Below are positions 19,115-31,042 of a stretch of 64,000 nt of DNA, in pieces. Position 1 is the stretch's first letter. Each line of letters opens with the position of its first letter. The DNA is from the human T2T-CHM13v2.0 reference genome, Homo sapiens, in the NCBI RefSeq assembly GCF_009914755.1, contig NC_060929.1. One strand, 5' to 3'. Under the pieces are notes generated by a model, which was given only the letters and a program-made list of their open reading frames with translations, had not been told where the DNA came from and made no database searches. Both the position numbers and the translations under genes were made by a program.

Positions 19115-19790
19115 GATGCACTGAATTTGTGAAATCCTAACCCCCAGTGTAATGATAGTAGGAGGTGGAGCTTTTGGTAGATGATAGTCTGTCTTCATGT
19201 TGGGGATTAGTGCCTTGATTATTATTTTTTGTTTTTATTTTTATTTTTATTTATTTATTTATTTATTTTTGAGACAGAGTTTTGCTCTGTTACCCAGGCT
19301 GGAGTGCAGTGGTGCCATGTCAGCTCACTGCAACGTCTGCCTCCTGGGTTCAAGTGTTTCTTCTGCCTCAGCCTCCTGAGTAGCTGAGTAGCTGAGACTA
19401 CAGGTACGCACCACCACACCTGGCTAATTTTTGTATTTTTAGTAGAGACGGGGTTTCACCATACTGGCCAGGCTGGTCTGGAACTCCTGACCTCGTGATC
19501 TGCCTGCCTCAGCCTCCCAAAGTACTGGGATTACAGATGTGAGCCACCGTGCCCAGCCGGGGATTAGTGCCCTTATAAAAGAGACCCCAAAAAGCGTCCT
19601 TGCCCCTTCTGCCATGTGAGCTAGAGGACAGTAATCTATGAACTAAAAAATGGGCTCTGACCAGACACCAAATCTGCAAGCACCTTGATTTTGCACCATC
19701 CAGCCTCCGGTACCATTAGAAACGTTTCTGTTGTTTATAAGCTACCCTGTCTATGGTATTCTGTAGCGACAGTGCAAACAAACTAAGACA
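19115..19790 (+). mobile_element. MLT1A-like LTR split by an antisense AluS (19215-19558)
   Basis: GAAATCCTAACCCCCAGTGT...CTTATAAAAGAGACCCC...ACTAAGACA; Alu TSD GGGGATTAGTGCC at 19202-19214 and 19559-19571. Confidence 0.8.
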
Positions 19791-20484
19791 CGGACCTTCC
19801 AACACAAGTTAAAGGCTTCAGGGGATGCTGCCTGGGTCAACAACATGACAGCAACCTTTACTCATGAGAGACTTCGAGTCAGAACCACCTACCCAAATCC
19901 ATCATTTCCCTGACTTCTATGAATTGTGTCATACATATTTGTTATTTTAAGCCATTAAGTTTTAGGGTAATTTTTAAATGGAAAAATACATGATCATAGG
20001 TAAACTATAATTAATAGAAAAATCTAATGCCAATAATATTTACCATTGATTGACCGTCAAAACTCCATTAATTATTTGCTTTCCATTTATATTTATTTTT
20101 GGATTTCTTTTTTAAGAGAATGGCACCTGTGACAGCATACTGTTACTATTACCCTTTTATCGTACTTTACCATGCCATCTCTGAAGAATATTACAGACCA
20201 TTTTGGAGCATGGTGAATAAGAAATTTTCACCTTAGGAGTTCAGTTGAATAGTCATTTTTATATTTGTGACTGCAAGTCACTCTTAGGGGCTGTACTTCC
20301 TTAGTACTGGTAGCATTATTATCCAATGGACTTTTATAGCTTTCATTAGGTTTTCTTTTGTTTTTGTTCTTTAAAGAACGTTTTACTTATCTTAGTATTT
20401 CATTTTTCATCTATATTATGAGGCAGTAAGAGTCTTCTGTTTTTCCAAAGTTGAGACTGCTTTATATTTATTTCGTATTGTCTA

Positions 20485-20985
<501 letters not shown>

Positions 20986-21004
20986 TCTGTAGCTTATAGG
21001 ATGG

Positions 21005-22005
<1,001 letters not shown>

Positions 22006-22509
22006 CAGATGGTAATAGGCTGACATATTACACTTGTTGATGTAAATCTGATAGGTTTCTTTCTCTCCAAGGACAGCTTTTTAAATATTTAACAGTATCA
22101 ATAATTTTTCAGGTTCTGTGAGAATTTTATAATTTATAATTTGCAGACTTAACGTATAATCTATTTTGTCCTAACAATTACAAATATATTTTTTATTTCA
22201 GATTGTATATATTCCTACCAGATGGAGATAATTACAGCTTTAAAAATTTTTATTTTTTCATTTTATTTCACACATTGACATTAAATTTTTATGGACACAT
22301 AATAACTGTACATATATATGGGGTAGAATGTGATGTTTTAATACATGTACTCAATGTGTAATGATCAAATCAGGGTAATTTGCATAATGATTTTTCTGTA
22401 GGGAGAAAATTCAAAATCTACTCTTCTGGCTATTTTCAAATATATAATATGTTATTGTTAACTATACTCATCCTACTATGCAATAGGACACCAGAACTTA
22501 TTCCTGGGT

Positions 22510-22807
22510 TCTACATCCGTTAAGGCAACCAAGGATTGGAAATATTGGAAAAAAAAATTGCGTCTGTACTGAACATGTACAGACTTTTTTCTTGTCCTTA
22601 TTCCTTACACAATATAGTACAATAACTATTTGCATGACATTTACATCGGATATTATGAGTGATCTAGAGTTGATATGAAGTATATGGGAGGATGTGCAAA
22701 GGTGATGTGCAAATACTATGTCATTTTATATCAGGGACTTGAGTATCCTTTGTTACCCTCAGGAGATCCTGAAACCAGTCCCCCATGGATACTGAGGGCT
22801 GACTGTA
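22510..22807. mobile_element. MER2 (TcMar-Tigger)
   Basis: GCGTCTGTACTGAACATGTACAGAC...CCCCCATGGATACTGAGGGCTGACTGTA. Confidence 0.8.
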
Positions 22808-23828
22808 TAGTCCTATCCTCACGGAACTTTCATTCTAATGGGGGAAGACTGACTATAAACAAAATATATGTAATAGGTGGTGGTAAGTACCGTGGAGAAG
22901 TAACAAACGGGGCAAAGTGAGTTATACAGCTCCATTCTTAGAAACCTTGGAGTACTTTTCTTAGTTTATACTCGTGGTGGTTTCCTTTTGTCTCCTTTAT
23001 TACATGGGACTCTGACATGTGCCCATAGCTAGGGTGACAGTAGGATCTACCCGATAGTAGGGTGGCAGTAGGATCTACCCAAAAAGCGTCCTGCTGATAC
23101 AGGACCAAAGCATCCTGTTGTTCTCGAGCCTATAAAAAGAGCTAATGGTCTTGCTTCTCTTAACTGTGGCCTCCTACACTGTGTTTTGGATGATTGGTGA
23201 TGTCTTGGATATTCTGTTTCTTTGGAACTTTGAATATACAACACTTTACTAGGGAATTAGCAATGGAAGCAGAGCAAAGATGTACAGAGGAAACAATGCG
23301 TAACTCTGATGGAATTGAAGTCATGAGGCAGCAGAGAGCTTAAATTACAGCTTGAAAATTTTTTATTTTTTAGAGGGAATTTACTTGGGAGTAACAGCAG
23401 TAATAGTTAACGGAGCCAGAATGCTTGAGTCATATAATTGCAAAGCAGAGTTGGGAGCAACAGATGCTAAAGAGTAGTTGCTGTAGTTCCTCTTTGGGTC
23501 GTAGGAGCAGTTGTCATATTACTATATAGCTACTGCATGAAGAAGAGTTCTTAGTGAGGCCTGGGTGAACAGCTCTTCTTAGTATTCTGTGTGACCCCAT
23601 TTGACCTTTTAACAAATCCCTAAGTAAATAAATAGCCCCTCAGGAAAACTAAGTTTTTCTCTGCTGTTTTTTTGCTTGAGAGAGCTATAACTGTAATAGA
23701 CTTATATTTCTGAACATTTTAGTGCTTGCCAATATTTGGTAATATTTATGTTTCCTATATTTGTAATGAACATTCTTCTTCCGGTACATTTTTTGTTAAA
23801 TTATTGTTTGATGGATAAAAGTTCACCT

Positions 23829-23834
23829 TTTATT
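23829..23834 (-). terminator. Candidate polyadenylation signal AATAAA for the POM121L ORF
   Basis: TTTATT on + strand 65 nt past the stop codon; alternatives at 23362-23367 and 22996-23001. Confidence 0.35.
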
Positions 23835-23898
23835 GTATAAAATTGACTGAGATTAATTTATACACATTGACAATGGGTAAATAGAATTTTTCAGATTA

Positions 23899-26800
23899 TT
23901 AAAAGCTGAAGGATGCCCACGTAAGCAAAAAAAAAAAAGAAAAAACCAACAAAAATAAACCCAAACCCCTCAAACAATTTCGAACACGAAACATTCTTCT
24001 GATGCCGGCATCCCTGCTTGCAGGTGTGAAGGGGGCAGGAATCAGCGAGGTGTCCTGGGCTGAGTCCCCGGAGTGGGAAGAGGTGGCAGGAAGGGGATCT
24101 GAGGAGGAGAACAGGGGTCCTGGTGGTCTGTGCTTCTTCCCAGACACGGGAGCTGTAGAGGAGACCTCTGCAGCAGATGCTAGGGGGGCCAGTAGGCCCA
24201 GGCAGTCTTGGGACTTGGGTCTGTCCTGCTGTGCATCCATAGTGGGTGCTTTAGAAACGGGAGGCCCACCCGAAGCCCCTGTTGCAAGTGAGGACAAAGT
24301 GTGGGAAGGCCGTGAGGGTCTGCAGTCCGAGATGGCCTTGTCCTCAACGTGCAGTGCACTGTTGATGCGGGGCCTAGAGGCCTGGGATCTGGGGGAGCCA
24401 CCCCTGGGGGCGAGTGTCTGCCCTGGTGCTGTACCTGCCTTGTTTTCACAGCGGTGACCCGAAGAGACAGCCTGAGGTCCGTCCTCACTCACTGTGTTTG
24501 AGGAACTGTGGGCCAGCTGGCAGTGGGATGAGGCTGGCCCCCTCCTCCGCTTTACTTCCTGGAGGCCTTCCGTAGAGCTGTGGGAGCTGGAGCTGGCATT
24601 TCGTTTGAGGCAGGATCTGGTCCGGGAGGTCTGGGATCTCTGGTTATATCTCACTTCTGACCTCTGGGCACGTGCTGCAGCTGTGGCTGAGGCCAAGAAA
24701 TGTGAGGGGCCTCCATCCACTGCATTGAGTAGCGACCCCGACGTGGGGTTCAATGTGGAGGGGGGAAGGGCTGCTGCGGCAGCTGCAGGAGCCGAGGTGC
24801 CAGGCCTTGTTCTTCTCATGCCGGCATCCCTGCTTGCAGCTGTGAAGGTGGCAGGAATCAGCGAGGTGACCTGGGCTGAGTCCCGGGAGTGGGAAGAGGT
24901 GGCAGGAAGGGGATCTGAGGAGGAGAACAGGGGTCCTGGTGGTCTGTGCTTCTTCCCAGACACGGGAGCTGTAGAGGGGACCTCTGCAGCAGATGCTAGG
25001 GGGGCCACTAGGCCCAGGCAGTCTTGGGACTTGGGTCTGTCCTGCTGTGCGTCCATAGTGGGTGCTTTAGAAACGGGAGGCCCACCCGAAGCCCCTGTTG
25101 CAAGTGAGGACAAAGTGTGGGAAGGCCGTGAGGGTCTGCAGTCCGAGATGGCCTTGTCCTCAACGTACAGTGCACTGTTGATGTGGGGCCTAGAGGCCTG
25201 GGATCTGGGGGAGCCTCCCCTGGGGGCGAGTGTCTGCCCTGGTGCTGTACCTGCCTTGTTTTCACAGCGGTGACCCGAAGAGACAGCCTGAGGTCCGTCC
25301 TCACTCACTGTGTTTGAGGAACTGTGGGCCAGCTGGCAGTGGGATGAGGCTGGCCCCCTCCTCCGCTTTAGTTCCTGGAGGCCTTCCGTAGAGCTGTGGG
25401 AGCTGGAGCTGGAGCTGGCATTTCGTTTGAGGCAGGATCTGGTCCGGGAGGTCTGGGATCTCTGGTTATATCTCACTTCTGACCTCTGGGCACGTGCTGC
25501 AGCTGTGGCTGAGGCCAAGAAATGTGAGGGGCCTCCATCCACTGCATTGAGTAGTGACCCCGACGTGTTGTTCAATGTGGAGGGGGGAGGGGCTGCTGTG
25601 GCAGCTGCAGGAGCCGACCTTGTTCTTCTCATGCCGGCATCCCTGCTTGCAGCTGTGAAGGTGGCAGGAATCAGCGAGGTGACCTGTGCTGTGTCCCGGG
25701 AGTGGTAAGAGGTGGCAGGAAGGGGATCTGAGGAGGAGAACAGGGGTCCTGGTGGTCTGTGCTTCTTCCCAGACACGGGAGCTGTAGAGGGGACCTCTGC
25801 AGCAGATGCTAGGGGGGCCAGTAGGCCCAGGCAGTCTTGGGACTTGGGTCTGTCCTGCTGTGCATCCATAGTGGGTGCTTTAGAAACGGGAGGCCCACCC
25901 GAAGCCCCTGTTGCAAGTGAGGACAAAGTGTGGGAAGGCCGTGAGGGTCTGCAGTCCGAGATGGCCTTGTCCTCAACGTGCAGTGCAGTGTTGATGTGGG
26001 GCCTAGAGGCCTGGGATCTGGGGGAGCCACCCCTGGGGGCAAGTGTCTGCCCTGGTGCTGTACCTGCCTTGTTTTCACAGCGGTGACCCGAAGAGACAGC
26101 CTGAGGTCCGTCCTCACTCACTGTGTTTGAGGAACTGAGGGCCAGCTGGCAGTGGGATGAGGCTGGCCCCCTCCTCCGCTTTACTTCCTGGAGGCCTTCC
26201 GTAGAGCTGTGGGAGCTGGAGCTGGCATTTCGTTTGAGGCAGGATCTGGTCCGGGAGGTCTGGGATCTCTGGTTATATCTCACTTCTGACCTCTGGGCAC
26301 GTGCTGCAGCTGTGGCTGAGGCCAAGAAATGTGAGGGGCCTCCATCCACTGCATTGAGTAGTGACCCCGACGTGGGGTTCAATGTGGAGGGGGGAGGGGC
26401 TGCTGCGGCAGCTGCAGGAGCCGACCTTGTTCTTCTCATGCCGGCATCCCTGCTTGCAGCTGTGAAGGGGGCAGGAATCATCGAGGTGACCTGGGCTGAG
26501 TCCCGGGAGTGGGAAGAGGTGGCAGGAAGGGGATCTGAGGAGGAGAACAGGGGTCCTGGTGGTCTGTGCTTCTTCCCAGACACGGGAGCTGTAGCGGGGA
26601 CCTCTGCAGCAGATGCTAGGGGGGCCACTAGGCCCAGGCAGTCTTGGGACTTGGGTCTGTCCTGCTGTGCATCCATAGTGGGTGCTTTAGAAACGGGAGG
26701 CCCACCCGAAGCCCCTGTTGCAAGTGAGGACAAAGTGTGGGAAGGCCGTGAGGGTCTGCAGTCCGGGATGGCCTTGTCCTCAACGTGCAGTGCACTGTTG

Positions 26801-27399
26801 ATGCGCTGGAATGCCGTCTCTTTTTCCAGGTGCAGGTCTTCAGCCGTGACCCGGTACCCCAGCTCTAAGGGAGGTGGCAGCATCAAAGGCTCCCCTCGCC
26901 TGCGTGGCAGCAGGGGAATCTTGCGTCTACGGGGCCTAGAGTCCTGGGATCTGGGGGAGCCACCCGTTGGGGCGATTGTCTGCCCTGGTGCTGTATCTGC
27001 CCCCTTTTCACACCGTGTGTGACCCGAAGAGACAGCCTGAGGCCTGTCCTCACTCACTGTCTTTGAGTAACTGAGGGTCAGCTGGCAGCGGGATGAGGCT
27101 GGCCCCCTCCTCTGCTTTAGCCCCGGCAAGCCTCCCGTGGAGCTGTAGGAGCTGGAGATGGCATTTCGTTTGGTGCTCGAGCTCGTCCAGGATGTCTGGG
27201 ATGTGTGGTTATATCTGATTTCTGAGCTCTGGGCGTGGAGGTCTGTCTGCAGAGGCCCGGGCCTGGGCACAAAGGGAGAGGGGCCTCCATTGTCCCGCAG
27301 GGGCCAAAATGCAGACCGTGCATCCCCGGTGACCTCGGGGACCGTTCTCTGATCATCAGGATTTTCTTGGACTCTGGGGTCCTTGTGCTGCTCAGGCAT
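23899..27399 (-). CDS. POM121L: POM121-like protein 1-like retrocopy ORF, 1166 aa from first ATG (frame open further to a GTG at 27723, 1274 codons)
   Basis: Intronless stop-free ORF. Motifs match recalled POM121 N-terminal-half sequence (KRNAISSSYSST; RRKIPLLPRRRGEPLMLPPPLELGYRVTAEDLHLEK; DLCPGKIVLRALKE). The ORF-track 'M' at 27723 is GTG; first ATG is at 27399 (GCAGGGATGC). No FG repeats. Translation not demonstrated. Confidence 0.8.
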   Translation of the reverse strand: MPEQHKDPRVQENPDDQRTVPEVTGDARSAFWPLRDNGGPSPFVPRPGPLQTDLHAQSSEIRYNHTSQTSWTSSSTKRNAISSSYSSTGGLPGLKQRRGPASSRCQLTLSYSKTVSEDRPQAVSSGHTRCEKGADTAPGQTIAPTGGSPRSQDSRPRRRKIPLLPRRRGEPLMLPPPLELGYRVTAEDLHLEKETAFQRINSALHVEDKAIPDCRPSRPSHTLSSLATGASGGPPVSKAPTMDAQQDRPKSQDCLGLVAPLASAAEVPATAPVSGKKHRPPGPLFSSSDPLPATSSHSRDSAQVTSMIPAPFTAASRDAGMRRTRSAPAAAAAAPPPSTLNPTSGSLLNAVDGGPSHFLASATAAARAQRSEVRYNQRSQTSRTRSCLKRNASSSSHSSTEGLQEVKRRRGPASSHCQLALSSSNTVSEDGPQAVSSGHRCENKAGTAPGQTLAPRGGSPRSQASRPHINTALHVEDKAISDCRPSRPSHTLSSLATGASGGPPVSKAPTMDAQQDRPKSQDCLGLLAPLASAAEVPSTAPVSGKKHRPPGPLFSSSDPLPATSYHSRDTAQVTSLIPATFTAASRDAGMRRTRSAPAAATAAPPPSTLNNTSGSLLNAVDGGPSHFLASATAAARAQRSEVRYNQRSQTSRTRSCLKRNASSSSSSHSSTEGLQELKRRRGPASSHCQLAHSSSNTVSEDGPQAVSSGHRCENKAGTAPGQTLAPRGGSPRSQASRPHINSALYVEDKAISDCRPSRPSHTLSSLATGASGGPPVSKAPTMDAQQDRPKSQDCLGLVAPLASAAEVPSTAPVSGKKHRPPGPLFSSSDPLPATSSHSRDSAQVTSLIPATFTAASRDAGMRRTRPGTSAPAAAAAALPPSTLNPTSGSLLNAVDGGPSHFLASATAAARAQRSEVRYNQRSQTSRTRSCLKRNASSSSHSSTEGLQEVKRRRGPASSHCQLAHSSSNTVSEDGPQAVSSGHRCENKAGTAPGQTLAPRGGSPRSQASRPRINSALHVEDKAISDCRPSRPSHTLSSLATGASGGPPVSKAPTMDAQQDRPKSQDCLGLLAPLASAAEVSSTAPVSGKKHRPPGPLFSSSDPLPATSSHSGDSAQDTSLIPAPFTPASRDAGIRRMFRVRNCLRGLGLFLLVFSFFFLLTWASFSF
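23993..27237 (-). repeat. Coding tandem array, about 4 units of 807-816 bp (269-272 aa)
   Basis: Anchor ATGCCGGCATCCCTGCTTGCAG at 24002, 24818, 25631, 26438 (spacings 816, 813, 807). Anchor GAAGAGACAG at 24461, 25277, 26090, 27026 (816, 813, 936). Confidence 0.97.
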
Positions 27400-28247
27400 C
27401 CCTGCCCCGCTCTCCTTGAGGGCCCTCAACACTATCTTCCCTGGACACAAGTCTGGGGACAGCCGGGTGTTGTGGACCCCAAAGGGGTGACTACCTGCTC
27501 CTGGGCCCCACAGAGTCCTTGTGCTCAGTGTAGTGGCTGAGCTGGGGGATGCCCTGGAACTCGGAGCACACAGCACTGGCTTACTGTGGTACCTGTGCAG
27601 TGAAATTGAAGACAGAATCACCAGGATGGAACACAGGTCTTGCAGGATCACGGAAAACCTTCTGAGAGTTGTCTTGACACCAGTGATGTCGAGTGTCCGG
27701 GTGTTTGTAGGATGGCCTGCCACTCAGTCCAGGGGCAGGAGCAACGGGGAGATCCCACAAGCAAAGTGAACTGGGGGATGGGCTGAAGGGGCTCCAGGCA
27801 ACTGAGCCCTACTCGCAGGTCCTCGGCCTTGGCCCAAACAGGAATGAGGGGCACAGAGTGCCCGGGTAACCGCTCCTGGGAGCAGTGGGGAACTGTCGGA
27901 TACTTGAACTCTCAAGAGCTGGGCTCTGAGCGTCCTCGTCCAGCTGCCAACTTGGCCAAAGGCTAAGCCAGCAGATTGTTCTGTTGCCGGGCAACGCGAC
28001 TTCTAAACCTGAGGGAGTGGGCATGTGAGCACATAATGGCACCAGTGACAGAGCGACCATAATGGATGAATAAGCGCAGCCAGGTACCCGCGCAAGGCAC
28101 CTGCTGGCAATGGCAGGAGGCGGACGTGGGGGGTCGTGCAGTAGGTACTGGAGGGAGAGACGTGGGCACAAAGGTCGCGGGAGGAACAGGTGCCCACAAT
28201 GGCTGCATATTTGCCCGTGGATCACTGAAGATTCCTGCTCTCCTGCT

Positions 28248-28500
28248 GAGGTGGAGACTGCAGTGAGCTGAGATCGCACCATTGCACTCCAGCCTGGGCA
28301 ACGAGTGCAAAACTCAGTCTCCAGATAAAAAAAAGAAAAAGAAAAAAAAGAGGCCGGGTGTGGTGGCTTATGCCTATGATCCTAGCACTTTGGGAGGTCG
28401 GGGTGGACGGATCACGAGATCAGGAGTTGGAGGCCAGCCTGGCCAACATAGTGAAAGCCCGTCTCTAGTAAAAATACAAAATTTAGTCAGACATGGTGGG
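28248..28500 (+). mobile_element. Two Alu fragments: right-arm 3' end (28248-28350) and AluS left arm (28352-28500)
   Basis: Alu consensus matches; the second is cut at ACATGGTGG. Confidence 0.9.
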
Positions 28501-30610
28501 CAGGAGAGAGCATGTGCAGGGGAACATCCATTTATAAAACCATCAGACCTCATGAGACTTATTCACTACCATGAGAACAGCATGGGGGAAACTGCCTCCA
28601 TGATTCAGTTATCTCCACCTGGCCCCACCCTTGACACATGGGAATTGTTACAATTCAAGATGAGATTTGGGTGCGGACAGAGCCAAACCATATAATTCTT
28701 CCCCGGCCCCTCCCAAATCTCATGTCCTCATATTTCAAAAGCAATCGTGCCTTCCCCTAAGTCCCCCAAACTCTTATTTCAGCATTAACTCAAAATTCCA
28801 TAGTCCAAAGTCTCATCTGAGACAAGGCAAGTCCCTTCCACCTATGAGCCTGTAAAATCAAAAGCAAGTTAGTTATTTTCTAGATACACAGGGATACAGG
28901 GATTGGGTAAATACACTCGTTTCAAATGGGAGAAATTGGCCAAAGCGAAAGAGCTACAGGCCCCATGCAAGTCCAAAACCCAGCAGGCAAATCTTAAAGC
29001 TCCAAAATGACCTTCTTTGACTCCATGTGTCACATCTAGGTGATGCAAGAAGTGGGTTCCCAGGGTCTTGGGCAGCCCCGCCCCTGTGGCTTTGCAGGGT
29101 ACAGCCCCCCTTCTGGCTGCATTGAGTGTCTGCAGCTTTTCCAGGCACACAGTGCAAGCTGTCAGTGGATCTACCATTCTGGGGTCTGGAGGATGGTGGC
29201 CCTTTTCTCACAGCTCTGCTTGGCAGTACCCCAGTGGGGACTCTGTGTGGGAGCTCCAACCCCATATTTCCCTTTGACACTGCCCTAGCAGAGGTTATCC
29301 ATGAGGGCCCCCCCTCCCCTCCCCCCCACAGCAAACTTTTGCCTGGATTTCCAGGCATTTTCATACATCTTCTGAAATGTAGGCGGAGGTTCATGAACGT
29401 TAATTCTTGACTTCGGTGCATCTGCAGGCTTAACACCACCTAGAACCTGAAAGGCTTGGAACTTGCACCCTCTGAAGCCATGGCCTGAGGTGTACCTTGG
29501 CCCCTTTTACCTATGGCAGGAGCAGCTGGGATGCAGGGCCCCAAGTTCCTAGGCTGCACACAGCAGGGGGTTCTGGACCCACAAAACCATTTTTCCTTCT
29601 AAGCCTCCTGGCCTGCGATGGGAGGGTCTGCTGTGAGGGTCTCTAACATGCCCTGGAGACATTTGCCCCATTGTCTTGGTGATTAACATTTGGCTCCTCA
29701 TTACTTATGCAAATTTCTACAACCCAGTCTCCTGAGAAAATAGATTTTTCTTTTCTGTTGCATCATCAGGCTACAAATTTTCTGAAATTTTATGCTCTGC
29801 TTCTTCTCGAATGCTTTGCTGCTTAGAAATTTCTTCTGTCAGATACCTCAAATCATCTCTCTCAAGTTCAAAGTTCCACAGATCTCTAGGGAACTCTAGA
29901 AAAAAATTCTTATTTTCACTCTTTCCCGCCTATCTTATGCCCGTTTCTAATACAGGTGCACAATGCCTGCAGTGTCTTTGCATAGTAAGAGTGACTTTAC
30001 TCCATTTCCCAACAAATTCCTCATCTCCCTCTGAGACCACCTCCGCCTGGACCTTGTTGTCCATATCACTATTAACATTTTGGTCAAAGCCATTCAACAA
30101 GTCTCGAGGAAGTTCCAAACTTTCCCACATTTTCCTATCCTCTTCTGAGCCTTCCAAACTGTTCCAGCCTCTCCCTGTTACCCATTTCCAAAGTTGCTTC
30201 CACATTTTCGGGTATCTTTACAGCAGCACCCCACTCTACTGGTATCAACTTATTGTATTAGTCTGTTCTCACACTGCAAATAAAGACATACCTGAGACTG
30301 GGTAATTTATAAAGGAAAGAGGTTGAGTTGACTCACAGTTCTGCATGGCTGGGGAGGCCTCACAGTCATGGTGGAAGGCAAGGAGGTGCAAAAGCATGTC
30401 TCACATAGTGGCAGGCAGGAGAGAGCATGTGCAGGGGAGCTCCCATTTATAAAACCATCAGATCTCATGAGACTTGGTCACTACCGCGAGAACAGTATGG
30501 GGGGAACCATCCCCATGATTCAGTTATCTGCACCCGGCCCCACCCTTGACACGTGGGAATTATTACAATGCAAGGTGAGATTTGGGTGGGGACCCATCCA
30601 AACTATGTCA
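28497..30610 (-). mobile_element. THE1 (C/D-like) MaLR provirus: 5' LTR 30254-30610, internal 28696-30253, truncated 3' LTR 28497-28695
   Basis: Two homologous LTR segments (CAGGAGAGAGCATGTGCAGGGG...TTTATAAAACCATCAGA...TGAGATTTGGGTG) flanking THE1-int sequence. Confidence 0.92.
28601..28611 (-). promoter_or_regulatory. DUX4-type motif TAACTGAATCA in the THE1 3' LTR (second copy 30516-30526 in the 5' LTR)
   Basis: TGATTCAGTTA on + strand fits the TAAYBBAATCA consensus; binding not shown. Confidence 0.55.
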
Positions 30611-30881
30611 GTATGTTTTGACTTCTTGCTTGATTGCTAGGTTGCATAGAGGACAAACATGGAAATTAATGAAGTACCTTAATATCTGGCTTCAGATCTT
30701 AGACAGGATCAGAGGGCCAGCTCAAATTTGCAAGGAGGGGAGGTAGATCCCACCATTTTATGGGTGAATGGCAAAATCAAACAGAAATTATGTGGGATGG
30801 GAGATACTGATGCAGGCATCTTTGGAAACATTCTACTTAGCTAATTTTATGCTAGGCTTTAGGTCAAGAAGGAGAGAGAGA

Positions 30882-31042
30882 GCTGACATGCTGTGGTACA
30901 CACTTATAGTCCCAGCGACTTGGAAAGCTGAGGCAGGAGGATTGCTTGATCCCAGGAGTTTGAGGTAGTGTGCGATGATCGTTCTTGTGAATAGCCACTA
31001 GCCACTGAACTCCAGCTTGGGCAACATTGAGACACCCTGTCT

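Noticed and set aside
24002-27022. Plus-strand ORFs of 124-299 aa antisense to the POM121L repeat
   Set aside because: Shadow frames of a GC-rich coding repeat; broken by a stop in each unit, several start at GTG, and none has recognisable homology.
23993-27237. Array as CRISPR-like or satellite DNA
   Set aside because: Units are ~0.8 kb, contiguous, spacer-free and protein-coding in frame, in a eukaryotic context.
28282-30640. ORFs of 60-164 aa in THE1
   Set aside because: Fragments of decayed MaLR LTR and internal sequence with no intact retroviral gene.
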